Source: Propionibacteriaceae bacterium
GTDB lineage: Bacteria > Actinomycetota > Actinomycetes > Propionibacteriales > Propionibacteriaceae
DNA length: 64,000 nt
NCBI GenBank assembly: GCA_027492675.1
Contig: JAPUEI010000039.1
Span: 8,370 to 72,369 of the forward strand
Direction: 5' to 3'
Shown here piece after piece: positions 1 through 13,760 of the stretch; within the stretch, counting starts at the first letter, position 1, and the number at the start of each line of letters is the position of its first letter. The notes beneath the pieces are model-generated. The model was given only the letters and a program-made list of their open reading frames with translations. It did no database searches and was not told the DNA's origin. The position numbers and the translations under genes were made by a program.

Positions 1-1
1 G

Positions 2-1102
2 TCGTCGCTGACCTCGCCCGAAGGCGGTATCGACCCCGGCCGCATCGCGGTGATCGTGGAGGCATTGGTGAGTGCTCGGGCCGAGGGACGTGAGGTGGTG
101 CTCGTGTCCTCGGGCGCCATCGCGGCAGGGATGGGACCGCTGGGCATGCGTTCGAGGCCCCGCGACCTGGCGTCGCAGCAGGCCGCTGCCTCGGTGGGCC
201 AGGGGCTGCTCGTCGAGGAGTACGCACGGCAGTTCCAGCGCCACGGGCTCGCTGTCGGACAGGTCCTGCTGACGGTCGACGACACGACCCGCCAGGGCAC
301 GTACCGCAACGCTCTCCGCACGTTCGACCGGCTCCTGGAGCTGGGAGTCGTGCCGGTGGTGAACGAGAACGACACGGTCGCGACGCAGGAGATCCGGTTC
401 GGTGACAACGACCGGTTGGCAGCCCTGGTCGCCCACCTCGTACGAGCCGATGCCCTGTTCCTTCTGAGCGACGTCGACGCGCTGTACACGGCGCACCCGT
501 CCTCGCCGGGCTCCGAGCGGATCCTTGAGGTCACCAACCTCGACGAGCTCGCCGCTGACACGTCGCGGCGGGGGAGTGGGGTCGGTACGGGCGGTATGAC
601 CACCAAGATCGAGGCGGCCCGGATCGCGGTGGGCGCAGGGATCCCGGTCGTGCTCGCGGGCGCGGGGTCGGTCGCGGAAGCCCTGGCGGGTGTCACCGGC
701 ACGGTCTTCCACCCGGCTGGCAAGCGTCGTAGCTCTCGACTCAACTGGCTGGCGCACGCCTCTCAGCCTGCGGGAGAGCTGGAGCTCGACGAGGGCGCCG
801 TACGCGCGATCACCAAGGGCAAGGCGTCGTTGTTGCCCGCCGGGATCACGGCGGTGCGTGGGACGTTCCACTCGGGTGAGCCGGTCCTACTCGTCGACCC
901 GCACGGCCTGGCCGTCGCTCGGGGCATCGTGAACTACGACTCGGACGTGCTGCCCGATCTCCTTGGCCGCAGCACCAAGGACCTGGCCCGTGACTTGGGA
1001 GCGGAGTTCGAGCGCGAGGTCGTACACCGCGATTCGCTGGTCGTGCGGAGACCTCGCAAGGACGCGTCGCCGGCCCTGGACCCGCCTGCTGACGCCATCT
1101 GA
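2..1102 (+). CDS. proB: Glutamate 5-kinase, 5' end cut by window edge (kinase domain plus C-terminal PUA domain)
   Basis: The frame stays open back to nt 2 (SSLTSPEGGIDPGRIAVIVEAL). Motifs VLVSSGAIAAG, NENDTVA and GTGGMTTKIEAA are present, with a PUA-like tail GEPVLLVD..ARGIVNYDS. Confidence 0.93.
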   Translation, partial: SSLTSPEGGIDPGRIAVIVEALVSARAEGREVVLVSSGAIAAGMGPLGMRSRPRDLASQQAAASVGQGLLVEEYARQFQRHGLAVGQVLLTVDDTTRQGTYRNALRTFDRLLELGVVPVVNENDTVATQEIRFGDNDRLAALVAHLVRADALFLLSDVDALYTAHPSSPGSERILEVTNLDELAADTSRRGSGVGTGGMTTKIEAARIAVGAGIPVVLAGAGSVAEALAGVTGTVFHPAGKRRSSRLNWLAHASQPAGELELDEGAVRAITKGKASLLPAGITAVRGTFHSGEPVLLVDPHGLAVARGIVNYDSDVLPDLLGRSTKDLARDLGAEFEREVVHRDSLVVRRPRKDASPALDPPADAI

Positions 1103-1174
1103 TCGGTCGCCCTGCGGAGTGGCCCGCCGCTCGCTAGCGTCGTGACTGATCAGTCGCGAGGGAGCGGGTGCGAG

Positions 1175-2065
1175 ATGGGCAAGAACACAGTGGCGACAGC
1201 CGCGGCAGGACCCACGAGGATGCCCAAGGCGCTGTACGAGGCCGAGCTGTACAGGCTGCAGGCGGAGCTCGTGAAGCTGCAGGAATGGGTACGCGCCGAA
1301 GGTCAGCGGATGGTGGTCGTCTTCGAGGGGCGCGACGCCGCAGGCAAGGGTTCGACGATCAAGCGCGTCGCCGAGTATCTCAACCCCCGCATCGCCCGGA
1401 TCGTGGCGCTGCCGACGCCCAACGACCGGCAGCGTACGCAGTGGTACTTCCAGCGGTACGTCTCCGAACTGCCCGCCGCCGGCGAGATCGTGCTCTTCGA
1501 CCGCTCCTGGTACAACCGAGCAGGCGTCGAACATGTTATGGGCTTCTGCACGCCGGAGGAGTACCGGCGGTTCCTGCGGCAGACCCCGATCTTCGAGCGG
1601 CTGCTCATCGAGGACGGCATCCTGCTGCGCAAGTACTGGTTCAGCGTGTCGGACGCCGAGCAGGAGGCCAGGTTCCGGTCACGGCTGGGCGACCCCATGC
1701 GGCAGTGGAAGCTGTCGCCGATGGACCTCGAGTCCATCACCAAGTGGGAGACGTACTCACGGGCCAAGGACGAGATGCTGGTCCACACCGACATGAGCGA
1801 CTCGCCGTGGTACGTGATCGAGGCCGACGACAAGCGAGCGGCCCGGATCAACATGATCCACCACCTGCTGTCGACCGTCCCGTACTACGCAGCGCAGAGG
1901 CCGCCGCTCGACCTGCCCCAGAGGCCGCCCAGCACGGGGTACCAGCGGCCGCCGAGAGAGCTCAACACGTACGTGCCCGACTATGCGGCCCACCTCGTGG
2001 GGAAGCCGAAGCGGCCAAGCCTGTCGAAGGCGCACGCGACCGAGGGCACCGACCCGGTGCACTGA
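1175..2065 (+). CDS. ppk2: Polyphosphate kinase 2 family protein
   Basis: Motifs VVFEGRDAAGKGSTIKR (Walker A-like), QWYFQRY, LFDRSWYNRAG and SPWYVIEADDKRAARIN. The ATG at 1175 follows GGGAG. The start is uncertain (alternative GTG at 1142). Confidence 0.9.
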   Translation: MGKNTVATAAAGPTRMPKALYEAELYRLQAELVKLQEWVRAEGQRMVVVFEGRDAAGKGSTIKRVAEYLNPRIARIVALPTPNDRQRTQWYFQRYVSELPAAGEIVLFDRSWYNRAGVEHVMGFCTPEEYRRFLRQTPIFERLLIEDGILLRKYWFSVSDAEQEARFRSRLGDPMRQWKLSPMDLESITKWETYSRAKDEMLVHTDMSDSPWYVIEADDKRAARINMIHHLLSTVPYYAAQRPPLDLPQRPPSTGYQRPPRELNTYVPDYAAHLVGKPKRPSLSKAHATEGTDPVH

Positions 2066-2080
2066 TCGCTGCGGCGATGG

Positions 2081-4093
2081 TCACCGCGTCGGCCCGGCAC
2101 CGCCTCCCGGAGGAGCCTGGCCGCCACCTTGACCGGTATTCTGCTCGAACCCGCCCTGCTGCTGGTTGTTCTGGTTGTTCTGGGGGCCGCGCGAGGTGTT
2201 GATGCTGGCGGCGGCGATCGGCACCGAGGCGTCGGCGATCACGACGATCTCTCCGGGGTTGAGCCCGCTGACGATCTCGATGTCGGCCTCACCGACGGCG
2301 CCGGTCACCACACGCTTCTCGGTCACGGTGGACCCGGTGAGCACCTTCACCATCCCGGACGTGGTCCCGTTCGGCGTTACCGCGGAGGCGGGGAGCACCA
2401 CCTTGGCGTCGACGGTCTTCGTGACGATCGTGGCCTGCACGCGAGAACCCTCAGGGAGGGCATCGCCCCCGGTGGCCACCGTGATCACCGTGGCGTACGT
2501 CGTGGAGGTCGCCGAGGCTGCGGCCGCTGCGGCTGCCCCCGCCGAACCTGTCGTCGAGGCCAGCGAGAACCCCGTCGCCGTCGGCAGCAGACTGATGCGC
2601 GTCACGCTTCCCGTGAGCGCCGTGCTTCCCACCGTGCTGTTCACGGTCGCGGTCTGGTTGACGGCGACTTGCGGGCGCTTGGCCAGTGGCACGGGCACGG
2701 ACACCTCGATCGCACCGGTCCCGATGATGACCGCCGAGGCGGTGGCGCTGGCCTGCTGGCCCACGACGAAGGGGATGGAGGCCACCTTGCCGTCGATCGG
2801 GCTGGTGATGGTTGCGGCGCTCAACTGGTCCTGAGCCTGAGCCAAGGCGATGCGGTTCGCTTCGATCGTGGCCTGGTCGGTGATCAGCGTGGCGGCCGTC
2901 ACAGCGCCTCCACGGGCTGACGCGCCGCCCACCGCGGCGGCAGCTGCTGCCTGCATGGCCGAGTTCGCGTACGACAGGCTTGCGGCCTGCTGCTGGGCCG
3001 CAGAGGCGGCGGACGAGCCGCCGGCTCCCGAGGCGGACGACTGCGCCGCCAGGAGCGCGGCCTTGGCGTTGAGCGCCTTGACCGCAGCATCGATCGCGAG
3101 GTTCGCGGCCACCATCTGGTCGGGCATGGTCGTCGACAGCCCGGTCAGCGTGTCGATTGCCGCCTGACAGGCGGGGGTCACCGCACTGCTGGACGTGGCG
3201 GTCGGGGTGGCGGACGCTGAACCGCTCGAGCTGGCGGTCGTCGTCGCGGTCGAGGTCACCGCTGCGGCTTTCACGGTCTGCGTCGTCTCCGAGGCCGTGG
3301 GCGTCGACGAGGGCTTCACTGCTGCGCCGGCCACCACCGGAACGGTGACGGTCGCCGTTTCGGTGACCGTCGCCGTGTGCGTCACCGTCGCCGTGACGGT
3401 CGCTGTCTGCGTCACCGTCTGGGTCACCGTGGCCGTCGGGGCTGCTGTGGTCGTGGGGATGAGCGGAACGCACTCGGTGACGAACGTCGGCAGGGTGTTC
3501 TCGATCGCCGTGATGCCGGTCTTGAGGAGGGCCAGCGAGTCCTCTGCCGCCTTCACGGCGGCAGCCGTGGGGTCAACGGGAGCGCCGGTGGATCCGCCGC
3601 CCGGGGCGCCGGTCGAGGCTCCGCCTGTCGGGAAACCCGTGGACGAGGTCGAGTGCGTGGCCGCCGTGGTCCTCGTGGCCGCCGTCGTGGTGGACGACGA
3701 CGAGTAGGCGCTCTGGTCGGTCTCGTACTGCGCGATGGCTGACTTGTACGCCGCGTCGGCGGCGAGAACAGCGTTCTGCAGCGGCGTGGTGTCGATGGAC
3801 GCCAGCGCCTGCCCAGCGGTCACCGTGTCGCCGGCCTTCACGTTGACGGCGGTCACACGGCCGCTGGTGGGGAAACTGACCGAGGACTGGGTGACGTGGT
3901 GCACGGTGCCCGACAACGACAGGATCTGGGTGACGGTCCCTGGTGCGGCGGTCACGGTCCGGTACTTGTCGGTCGAGCCAGCTCTCGCGTCCGCGGCGGC
4001 GCGGTAGCCCAACAGGCCGACGGCTGCCAGGGCGACGACGGTGATGCCGACCCCGGCCCGGCCAAGGGTCTTCCTGGTACGCGTTGTGGCCAT
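2081..4093 (-). CDS. HlyD/MacA-type membrane-fusion (periplasmic adaptor) protein with a large Thr/Ala/Ser-rich insertion and a Q/N/G-rich tail
   Basis: There is an N-terminal TM anchor (GVGITVVALAAVGLLGY). Lipoyl-like halves are GRVTAVNVKAGDTVTAGQALASID and ITSPIDGKVASI, followed by a C-terminal beta-barrel/MPD-like region. The ATG at 4093 lies 5 nt after the permease stop. Confidence 0.8.
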   Translation of the reverse strand: MATTRTRKTLGRAGVGITVVALAAVGLLGYRAAADARAGSTDKYRTVTAAPGTVTQILSLSGTVHHVTQSSVSFPTSGRVTAVNVKAGDTVTAGQALASIDTTPLQNAVLAADAAYKSAIAQYETDQSAYSSSSTTTAATRTTAATHSTSSTGFPTGGASTGAPGGGSTGAPVDPTAAAVKAAEDSLALLKTGITAIENTLPTFVTECVPLIPTTTAAPTATVTQTVTQTATVTATVTHTATVTETATVTVPVVAGAAVKPSSTPTASETTQTVKAAAVTSTATTTASSSGSASATPTATSSSAVTPACQAAIDTLTGLSTTMPDQMVAANLAIDAAVKALNAKAALLAAQSSASGAGGSSAASAAQQQAASLSYANSAMQAAAAAAVGGASARGGAVTAATLITDQATIEANRIALAQAQDQLSAATITSPIDGKVASIPFVVGQQASATASAVIIGTGAIEVSVPVPLAKRPQVAVNQTATVNSTVGSTALTGSVTRISLLPTATGFSLASTTGSAGAAAAAAASATSTTYATVITVATGGDALPEGSRVQATIVTKTVDAKVVLPASAVTPNGTTSGMVKVLTGSTVTEKRVVTGAVGEADIEIVSGLNPGEIVVIADASVPIAAASINTSRGPQNNQNNQQQGGFEQNTGQGGGQAPPGGGAGPTR

Positions 4094-4097
4094 GGAG

Positions 4098-5335
<1,238 letters not shown>

Positions 5336-5339
<4 letters not shown>

Positions 5340-6019
5340 ACGTGCGCTCCCTCGCTGAGCAGCCCGTCGTAGATCTGCACCTGGCGCTGCGCCTCCATGG
5401 CGACATCGTGCTCGTGGGTGATGAGCACGATGGTCCGGCCCTGGTCGTGGAGCTCGTGGAGCAGCGTCAGCACGTCGTGCGTGGACACCGAGTCGAGGTT
5501 TCCAGTGGGTTCGTCGGCCAAGATGATGTCCGGGTTGGTGACCAGTGCCCGGGCGATGCAGGCGCGCTGCTGCTGGCCGCCGGAGAGCTCGCCAGGACGA
5601 TGGTGCGTCCGGTCGCCGAGGCCCACGCGCTCGAGCGCTTCTCGGGCCAGGGTGTGACGTTCCCGAGCGCCGACGCCCGCGTACATCAGGGGCAGCTCGA
5701 CGTTGCGCTGTGCCGTCATCGACCGCAGCAGGTTGAACTGCTGGAAGACGAAACCGATCCGCTTGTTCCGGACGACCGCCAGATCCTTCTCCGACATCCG
5801 GCTGACATCCTCGCCACCCAGGTGGTACGTGCCGTCGGTGGGCACGTCGAGGCAGCCGAGGATGTTCATCAGCGTGGACTTGCCGGAGCCGGACGGGCCG
5901 GTGATCGCGATGTACTCACCTTCGGCGATCGACAGCGTGATCCCGCGGAGCGCCTCGAACGTGATGGTGCCGGTCCTGTACGTCTTGTGGACGTCGTCCA
6001 GCTCGACGATGCCCGTCAT
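5336..6019 (-). CDS. ABC transporter ATP-binding protein (MacB/LolD class)
   Basis: Walker A GPSGSGKST, signature LSGGQQQR and Walker B IILADEPTGNLD are all present. Confidence 0.95.
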
Positions 6020-7228
6020 CTAGCGGCTCCCCTGAGTCGTGGGAGCAGCGCCGCCGTTGGTGTCGCCCGACGGCCTTGCGCCCGACGGGAACCCCGATGG
6101 TCTGCCCGACCCGCCGAACCCGGAGCGGTACGCACCCGGTTGACGGCTGCCGGACGAGGACGCCTCGGCAGGGACGACGACCTCATCGCCTTCGGACAGT
6201 CCCTGGGTGATCTCCGTGGCCGCCCCGAACGTACGTCCCACGGTGACGTCGGTGTTGGTCTGCACGCCGCCCTTGGTCACGATCACGTACGTCTGGCCGT
6301 TGTTCTGGTGGATAGCCGCTGTGGGCACGGTCAAAGCCGAAACCTCACTCACCACGATCGTCACGTCGGCGGTGCCCCCGATGTACAGGCCGGTCGGGTT
6401 CCCGGTGAGCGTGATGATCACGGGGTACGAGGTGGTGCCGGCGCTGGTCGTGCCGACGATGCCGATCGACGTCAGCGTGCCCGGCAGGGGCGTCGACGAG
6501 CCGGTGGCGGTGACGGTGCAGGCCAGCCCCTGCTTGAGGTTGGCCAGGTCCGCCATCCCGACGGTGCTGTTCACGAGCCATGAAGAGGTGTCGACGACGA
6601 CGATCTGCGCTGACGCGGACGTGCTCGACGACACGGTGGTCGTCGTTCCGGGCCCGGTGGTGGTGGACGTGGTGCCGTTGACCTTGGCGTTCACCGTGAG
6701 GTTGACCTGCGCGACCACCCCGGCGAACGGCGCGGTCATGGTGGCCCCTGCCAAGTCGCTCCTTGCCGAGACGAGCTTCGCGTTGGCCGATGCCAGCTGG
6801 GCTTTCGCGGCGGCGATCTGGGCCGAGGTGGCGGAGCTGTTCGACTGCAGCGTGTCCAGGCTGGACTGTGCGGAGTCGACCCCGGCGCTCGCGGACGTCA
6901 CGGCTGACTCGAGGTTGGTGGTGTCTTCCGTGGCGAGCACCTGCCCGGCGGCCACGGAGGCCCCGAGCGCCACGTTGACGGCAGACACGGTGCCGGCAGC
7001 GGGGAAGTTGAGGTACGCCTGGTTCTGCGGAGCCAGGGTTCCGGTCGCGGACACGGTGGAACGCAGCGTGGACTTCTGCGCCTTGGCGGTCGTGGTCGTC
7101 GCCGAGGCGTTCGCCCCGGCGGCACTCGCCGGTCTCGCCAGGCGCCAGATCAGGACTCCGACCCCTGCGACGACGATGAGGGCTGCTACCGCCACGATGG
7201 CTATGGTGCGCTTGCGCCACCGACTCAT
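6020..7228 (-). CDS. HlyD/MacA-type membrane-fusion (periplasmic adaptor) protein, first gene of the ABC operon
   Basis: TM anchor IAIVAVAALIVVAGVGVLIW. Lipoyl halves are GTVSAVNVALGASVAAGQVLA and MTAPFAGVVAQV, with a coiled-coil-like SAQSSLDTLQ..AAAKAQLASANAKL and a G/S-rich tail. The ATG at 7228 (MSRWRK) is preferred over the ORF-track start at 7276. Confidence 0.8.
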   Translation of the reverse strand: MSRWRKRTIAIVAVAALIVVAGVGVLIWRLARPASAAGANASATTTTAKAQKSTLRSTVSATGTLAPQNQAYLNFPAAGTVSAVNVALGASVAAGQVLATEDTTNLESAVTSASAGVDSAQSSLDTLQSNSSATSAQIAAAKAQLASANAKLVSARSDLAGATMTAPFAGVVAQVNLTVNAKVNGTTSTTTGPGTTTTVSSSTSASAQIVVVDTSSWLVNSTVGMADLANLKQGLACTVTATGSSTPLPGTLTSIGIVGTTSAGTTSYPVIITLTGNPTGLYIGGTADVTIVVSEVSALTVPTAAIHQNNGQTYVIVTKGGVQTNTDVTVGRTFGAATEITQGLSEGDEVVVPAEASSSGSRQPGAYRSGFGGSGRPSGFPSGARPSGDTNGGAAPTTQGSR

Positions 7229-7403
7229 ACCCGGGCCTTCCTTCCGCGATGTCGCGGCCCTGACGGGTCGCATCATGCTCGTTTCCGGGCACGGGGCAAT
7301 CTTTCCACGCGGTTCCTCGCAGCCAGCCCCTCGTGCCTGTGGCGTTCCTGTGACTACCCCATGAGTTGGGCGCCACTCCTGTGAACCTGGATCATCGTCG
7401 GGG

Positions 7404-8747
7404 TCAGTCGTCCGCCAGCAGCAGCGCCGCGAGTCGGCGCAGCTCCTTGGTCAGGTTCTGTTCGGCGACGGTGACCTCACTCTGGTCCGGGAGGCAGAAG
7501 GTGTACGAGAAGGCGTCCGGGCGTCCAGGACCCGGTTCGCTGGTCTCGAAGGTGGCCTTCTGCACGAGCCGGCGGGCCTTCGCGGCCCGGGGGTCGTCGC
7601 TGTCCAGGTCGACCGCGCCCGTCACGGTGAGCCCGGCGAACCCTCCCGAGCGCTTCACCGACACCTCGCTCGGGGTGGCCGGCGCCGGCTTCCCCGGGAC
7701 GGTCGAGGCCGGCGACGGCGTCACCCCGACGGTCTGCCAGGCCTTCGTGACCGATGCGGCGTGAGCACCCGCGGCCGCGATGGTCGCCGCAGCGAAGCCC
7801 GCGAAGTCGGTCGTTGGCCCGACGCCCTTGCCCGTGAGCGCGTCGTACCAGATCCTTCCGGCGCCCTCCGCGGAACTGCCGCCGATCCCCGTGGCGGCAA
7901 GGTAGAACGCCCTGTTGGGGATGCCGCTGTTGATGTGCACGCCGCCGTTGTCGTCAGTGGTGTGGACGTAGTCGCTGAAGTCGCCGACCTGAGGGTCCTT
8001 GCCCAACCGGTCGTCGTCGTAGGCCGTGCCGGGGTTCGCCATGTCGCGCAGCGCCCGCGCGCTGACCCCGGCAAGGAAGATGCCCGCGCCGATCAGCCAG
8101 TCGGCCTCCTCGGCGGTCTGGCCGAGCAGGCGCTGCTTGGCACAGATGCCGAAGACGTCCGACATCGACTCGTTGAGCGCGCCCGGCTGGCCGGAGTAGA
8201 CGAGCCCGGCGGTGTGCTCGGTGACCGCGTGCGAGAGCTCGTGGCCGAGCACGTCGACCGGCTTGGTGAACCGGTCGAAGATCGTTCCGTCGCCGTCGCC
8301 GAAGACCAGCTGCGTGCCGTTCCAGAACGCGTTGTCGTAGTTCTTGCCGTAGTGGACCGTCATCACGACCTGGGCGCCCTCCCCGTCGTACGACCTCCGC
8401 CCGTATACCCCCTCGAACAGGTCGAGCGCCGCCTGACCACCGGTGGCGGCCTCGTTGACGCTCGCGTCGGCGTTCTCCGGTTCACCGGCGGAACGGACAT
8501 GGGTGCCGGGCAGGGACTGCTTGCCGCCGGCCGTGTACACCGACCAAACCGGCGTGCTCTTGGCCGGCGACGCCGTCGTCCGGACAGCGTCGCGGCTCGC
8601 TCGGACCTCGGCGTCGGTGCGCAGCGTGCGTTCGGCGGCCTTCGCGACAGGGTCGACCGTCACCGTGGGTCGAGTGGAGGTGTCGGCCAGCTTCTCCAGC
8701 AGGTAGGGCGGCACGAACTGGCAGCTGTGGGGGTGTGACGAGTTCAT
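7404..8747 (-). CDS. Protealysin-like M4 (thermolysin family) metalloprotease fused through a Pro-rich linker to a C-terminal emfourin-like (M4in) inhibitor domain
   Basis: The N-terminal FVPPYLL motif is typical of protealysin-like propeptides. HELSHAV (about 8229-8243) plus GALNESMSDVFG gives the HEXXH..E zinc site. No signal peptide is evident. The tail SVKRSGGFAGLTVTGAVDLD..PDAFSYTF..VTVAE (about 7407-7667) resembles emfourin. Start taken as the ATG at 8747. Confidence 0.8.
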   Translation of the reverse strand: MNSSHPHSCQFVPPYLLEKLADTSTRPTVTVDPVAKAAERTLRTDAEVRASRDAVRTTASPAKSTPVWSVYTAGGKQSLPGTHVRSAGEPENADASVNEAATGGQAALDLFEGVYGRRSYDGEGAQVVMTVHYGKNYDNAFWNGTQLVFGDGDGTIFDRFTKPVDVLGHELSHAVTEHTAGLVYSGQPGALNESMSDVFGICAKQRLLGQTAEEADWLIGAGIFLAGVSARALRDMANPGTAYDDDRLGKDPQVGDFSDYVHTTDDNGGVHINSGIPNRAFYLAATGIGGSSAEGAGRIWYDALTGKGVGPTTDFAGFAAATIAAAGAHAASVTKAWQTVGVTPSPASTVPGKPAPATPSEVSVKRSGGFAGLTVTGAVDLDSDDPRAAKARRLVQKATFETSEPGPGRPDAFSYTFCLPDQSEVTVAEQNLTKELRRLAALLLADD

Positions 8748-8780
8748 GGGTACAGGTCTAGCCGCCCCCGCGGACATTTC

Positions 8781-11738
<2,958 letters not shown>

Positions 11739-11776
11739 TTAGCCACGCTTGACACCCATTCCTTCAAGGGGGACAC

Positions 11777-12154
11777 ATGGATTCCGATACCGCTGCTGCT
11801 GCTGGTGGCTCCGCGATCGGCACTGTTCTTTACCTGATCATCGCCGTAGTCGCGATCGTCGCGCTGTGGAAGATCTTCGTCAAGGCGGGGGAGCCCGGCT
11901 GGGCCTCGATCATCCCGCTCTACAACACGTACACCCTCGTGAAGATCGCGGGCCTCAACCCGCTGCTCTTCCTGCTCCTTCTCGTCCCTGTCGTCAACGT
12001 GGTCTTCGCGATCTACGTGATGATCAAGCTCGGTGCCGCCTTCGGCAAGAGCACCGGTTGGTCCGTCGTCTTCCTCGTCATCCTGTCGTTCATCGGCATG
12101 CTGATGTTGGGCTTCGGCAAGGAGACCTACACCAAGCCGGTCGCGCTCGCCTGA
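11777..12154 (+). CDS. Small polytopic membrane protein, DUF5684-like
   Basis: The motif KIFVKAGEPGWASIIPLYNTYTLVKIAG plus three hydrophobic segments. An AAGGGGGA RBS lies just upstream of the ATG. Confidence 0.7.
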   Translation: MDSDTAAAAGGSAIGTVLYLIIAVVAIVALWKIFVKAGEPGWASIIPLYNTYTLVKIAGLNPLLFLLLLVPVVNVVFAIYVMIKLGAAFGKSTGWSVVFLVILSFIGMLMLGFGKETYTKPVALA

Positions 12155-12166
12155 CCTGTGCTCAGC

Positions 12167-12203
12167 GTTCTGGCCGGGTCCCCTCGTGGGGCCCGGCCAG
12201 AAC
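12167..12203 (+). terminator. Stem-loop terminator candidate after the DUF5684 gene
   Basis: GTTCTGGCCGGG..CCCGGCCAGAAC forms a perfect 12-bp stem, extended by CCCC/GGGG, 13 nt after the stop. There is no U-tract, which is common in high-GC actinobacteria. Confidence 0.55.
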
Positions 12204-12319
12204 TGTGTCCGGGGTCTGCGGGACGATCCCGCCAACCGACCTCCTGAGAGGCCGCGGGAAGGGTGCCAGGGAGCGTCCACTGGCGGATTCCTCCCATGGT
12301 CCGCTTTACGATGTGCGCC

Positions 12320-13561
12320 ATGGACATCACCGGTCAGGCCGACGACGCCCGCGCAGCGTCCCGCACGCTCGCCGTCACGCGCCGAGAGGTCAAGGACGCC
12401 GCCCTGGGCGCCATGGCCGATGCGCTGCTGGCCCACGAGACGGCCCTGTTGGCGGCCAACGCGGCCGACATCGACGCCGCCCGTCAGTCGGGCACCCAGG
12501 ACTGGATGCTCGACCGCCTGGCCCTCACCTCCAGGCGTGTCGCCGACATGGCCGAGGGGCTGCGTGCGCTGGCCCGCCTCGCTGACCCCGTGGGCGACGT
12601 GGTGCGTGGCTGGACCAACCCGAACGGCGTGCAGGTACGTCAGGTGCGCGTGCCTTTCGGCGTCGTCGGCATCATCTACGAGGCCAGGCCGAACGTCACC
12701 GCCGACGCAGCCGGCATCTGCCTGAAGTCCGGCAACGCCGTGCTGCTGAGCGGCTCGCGGTCAGCCGAGCAGTCCAACCTGGCCGTCGTGGCCGCGCTGC
12801 GAGAGGGTCTGGTCGCCGCCGGGCTCCCCGCCGACTCCGTACAGCTGCTTCCTGCCGGTCGGGAGGCGTCGTCCGCGCTGATGGAGGCCCGAGGCAAGGT
12901 TGACGTGTTGGTGCCGCGCGGCGGAGCCGGCCTCATCGCGGCCGTGGTGGAGGGGTCGAAGGTGCCGGTGATCGAGACCGGCACGGGGAACTGCCATCTG
13001 TACGTCGATGCGTCCGCCGACCTCGACATGGCGACGGCGATCCTCGTCAACGCGAAGACCCAGCGCCCAAGCGTGTGCAACTCCGTGGAGACCCTGCTCG
13101 TCCACGAGGCGATCGCCGACGAGGCCCTGCCGAAGCTCCTCGCCGCGGTCATAGAGAAGGGCGTCACGGTGCACGGCGACGAGGCGTTCTGCGCCGCGTC
13201 GGCCGACGTCGTACCGGCAGCGCCGGGGGAGTACGACGGGGAGTACCTCACGCTTGATCTCGCCGCCCGCGTGGTCACGGATCTCGACGAGGCGCTGGAG
13301 CACATCCGCGTTCACACGACGGGGCACTCGGAGACCATCATCACGCGCGACCTGCAGGCGGCCGAGCGGTTCACCGCCGAGGTCGACGCGGCCGTCGTGC
13401 TGGTCAACGCGTCGAGCCGGTTCACCGACGGAGGCGAGTTCGGGTTCGGGGCCGAGATCGGCATCTCGACGCAGAAGCTCCACGCCCGCGGACCGATGGC
13501 GCTGCCGGAGATGACGAGCACGAAGTACGTGGTCACGGGGCAGGGCCAGACTCGCCCGTGA
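12320..13561 (+). CDS. proA: Glutamate-5-semialdehyde dehydrogenase (gamma-glutamyl phosphate reductase)
   Basis: Motifs [42 protein letters not shown] and [22 protein letters not shown]. Start uncertain (ATG at 12311 or 12320). Confidence 0.95.
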   Translation: MDITGQADDARAASRTLAVTRREVKDAALGAMADALLAHETALLAANAADIDAARQSGTQDWMLDRLALTSRRVADMAEGLRALARLADPVGDVVRGWTNPNGVQVRQVRVPFGVVGIIYEARPNVTADAAGICLKSGNAVLLSGSRSAEQSNLAVVAALREGLVAAGLPADSVQLLPAGREASSALMEARGKVDVLVPRGGAGLIAAVVEGSKVPVIETGTGNCHLYVDASADLDMATAILVNAKTQRPSVCNSVETLLVHEAIADEALPKLLAAVIEKGVTVHGDEAFCAASADVVPAAPGEYDGEYLTLDLAARVVTDLDEALEHIRVHTTGHSETIITRDLQAAERFTAEVDAAVVLVNASSRFTDGGEFGFGAEIGISTQKLHARGPMALPEMTSTKYVVTGQGQTRP

Positions 13562-13618
13562 CCGTACATCGCCGCGTCAGTGGCTCCCCAGGGCCGCGGA
13601 GCCGGTAGTATCCCGCGC

Positions 13619-13753
13619 ATGCTGCATCTGTTGGAGACCGCGGGCATCGACTTCGGGGTGCCGACCGTCGTGTTCGGCCTCATCGCCCTGGCGATCTTCC
13701 TGGGCACGCTGTTCGTCCTGCGGTCGTTCGGCAAGGGCCGTCCGCATTGGTGA
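13619..13753 (+). CDS. Candidate 44-aa single-TM membrane micro-protein (below the ORF-track size cut-off)
   Basis: Hand translation gives [44 protein letters not shown]. It has a hydrophobic core and a basic tail, fills the proA-nadD gap, and shows GC-rich third positions. Confidence 0.4.
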   Translation: MLHLLETAGIDFGVPTVVFGLIALAIFLGTLFVLRSFGKGRPHW

Positions 13754-13760
13754 TCCGCCC

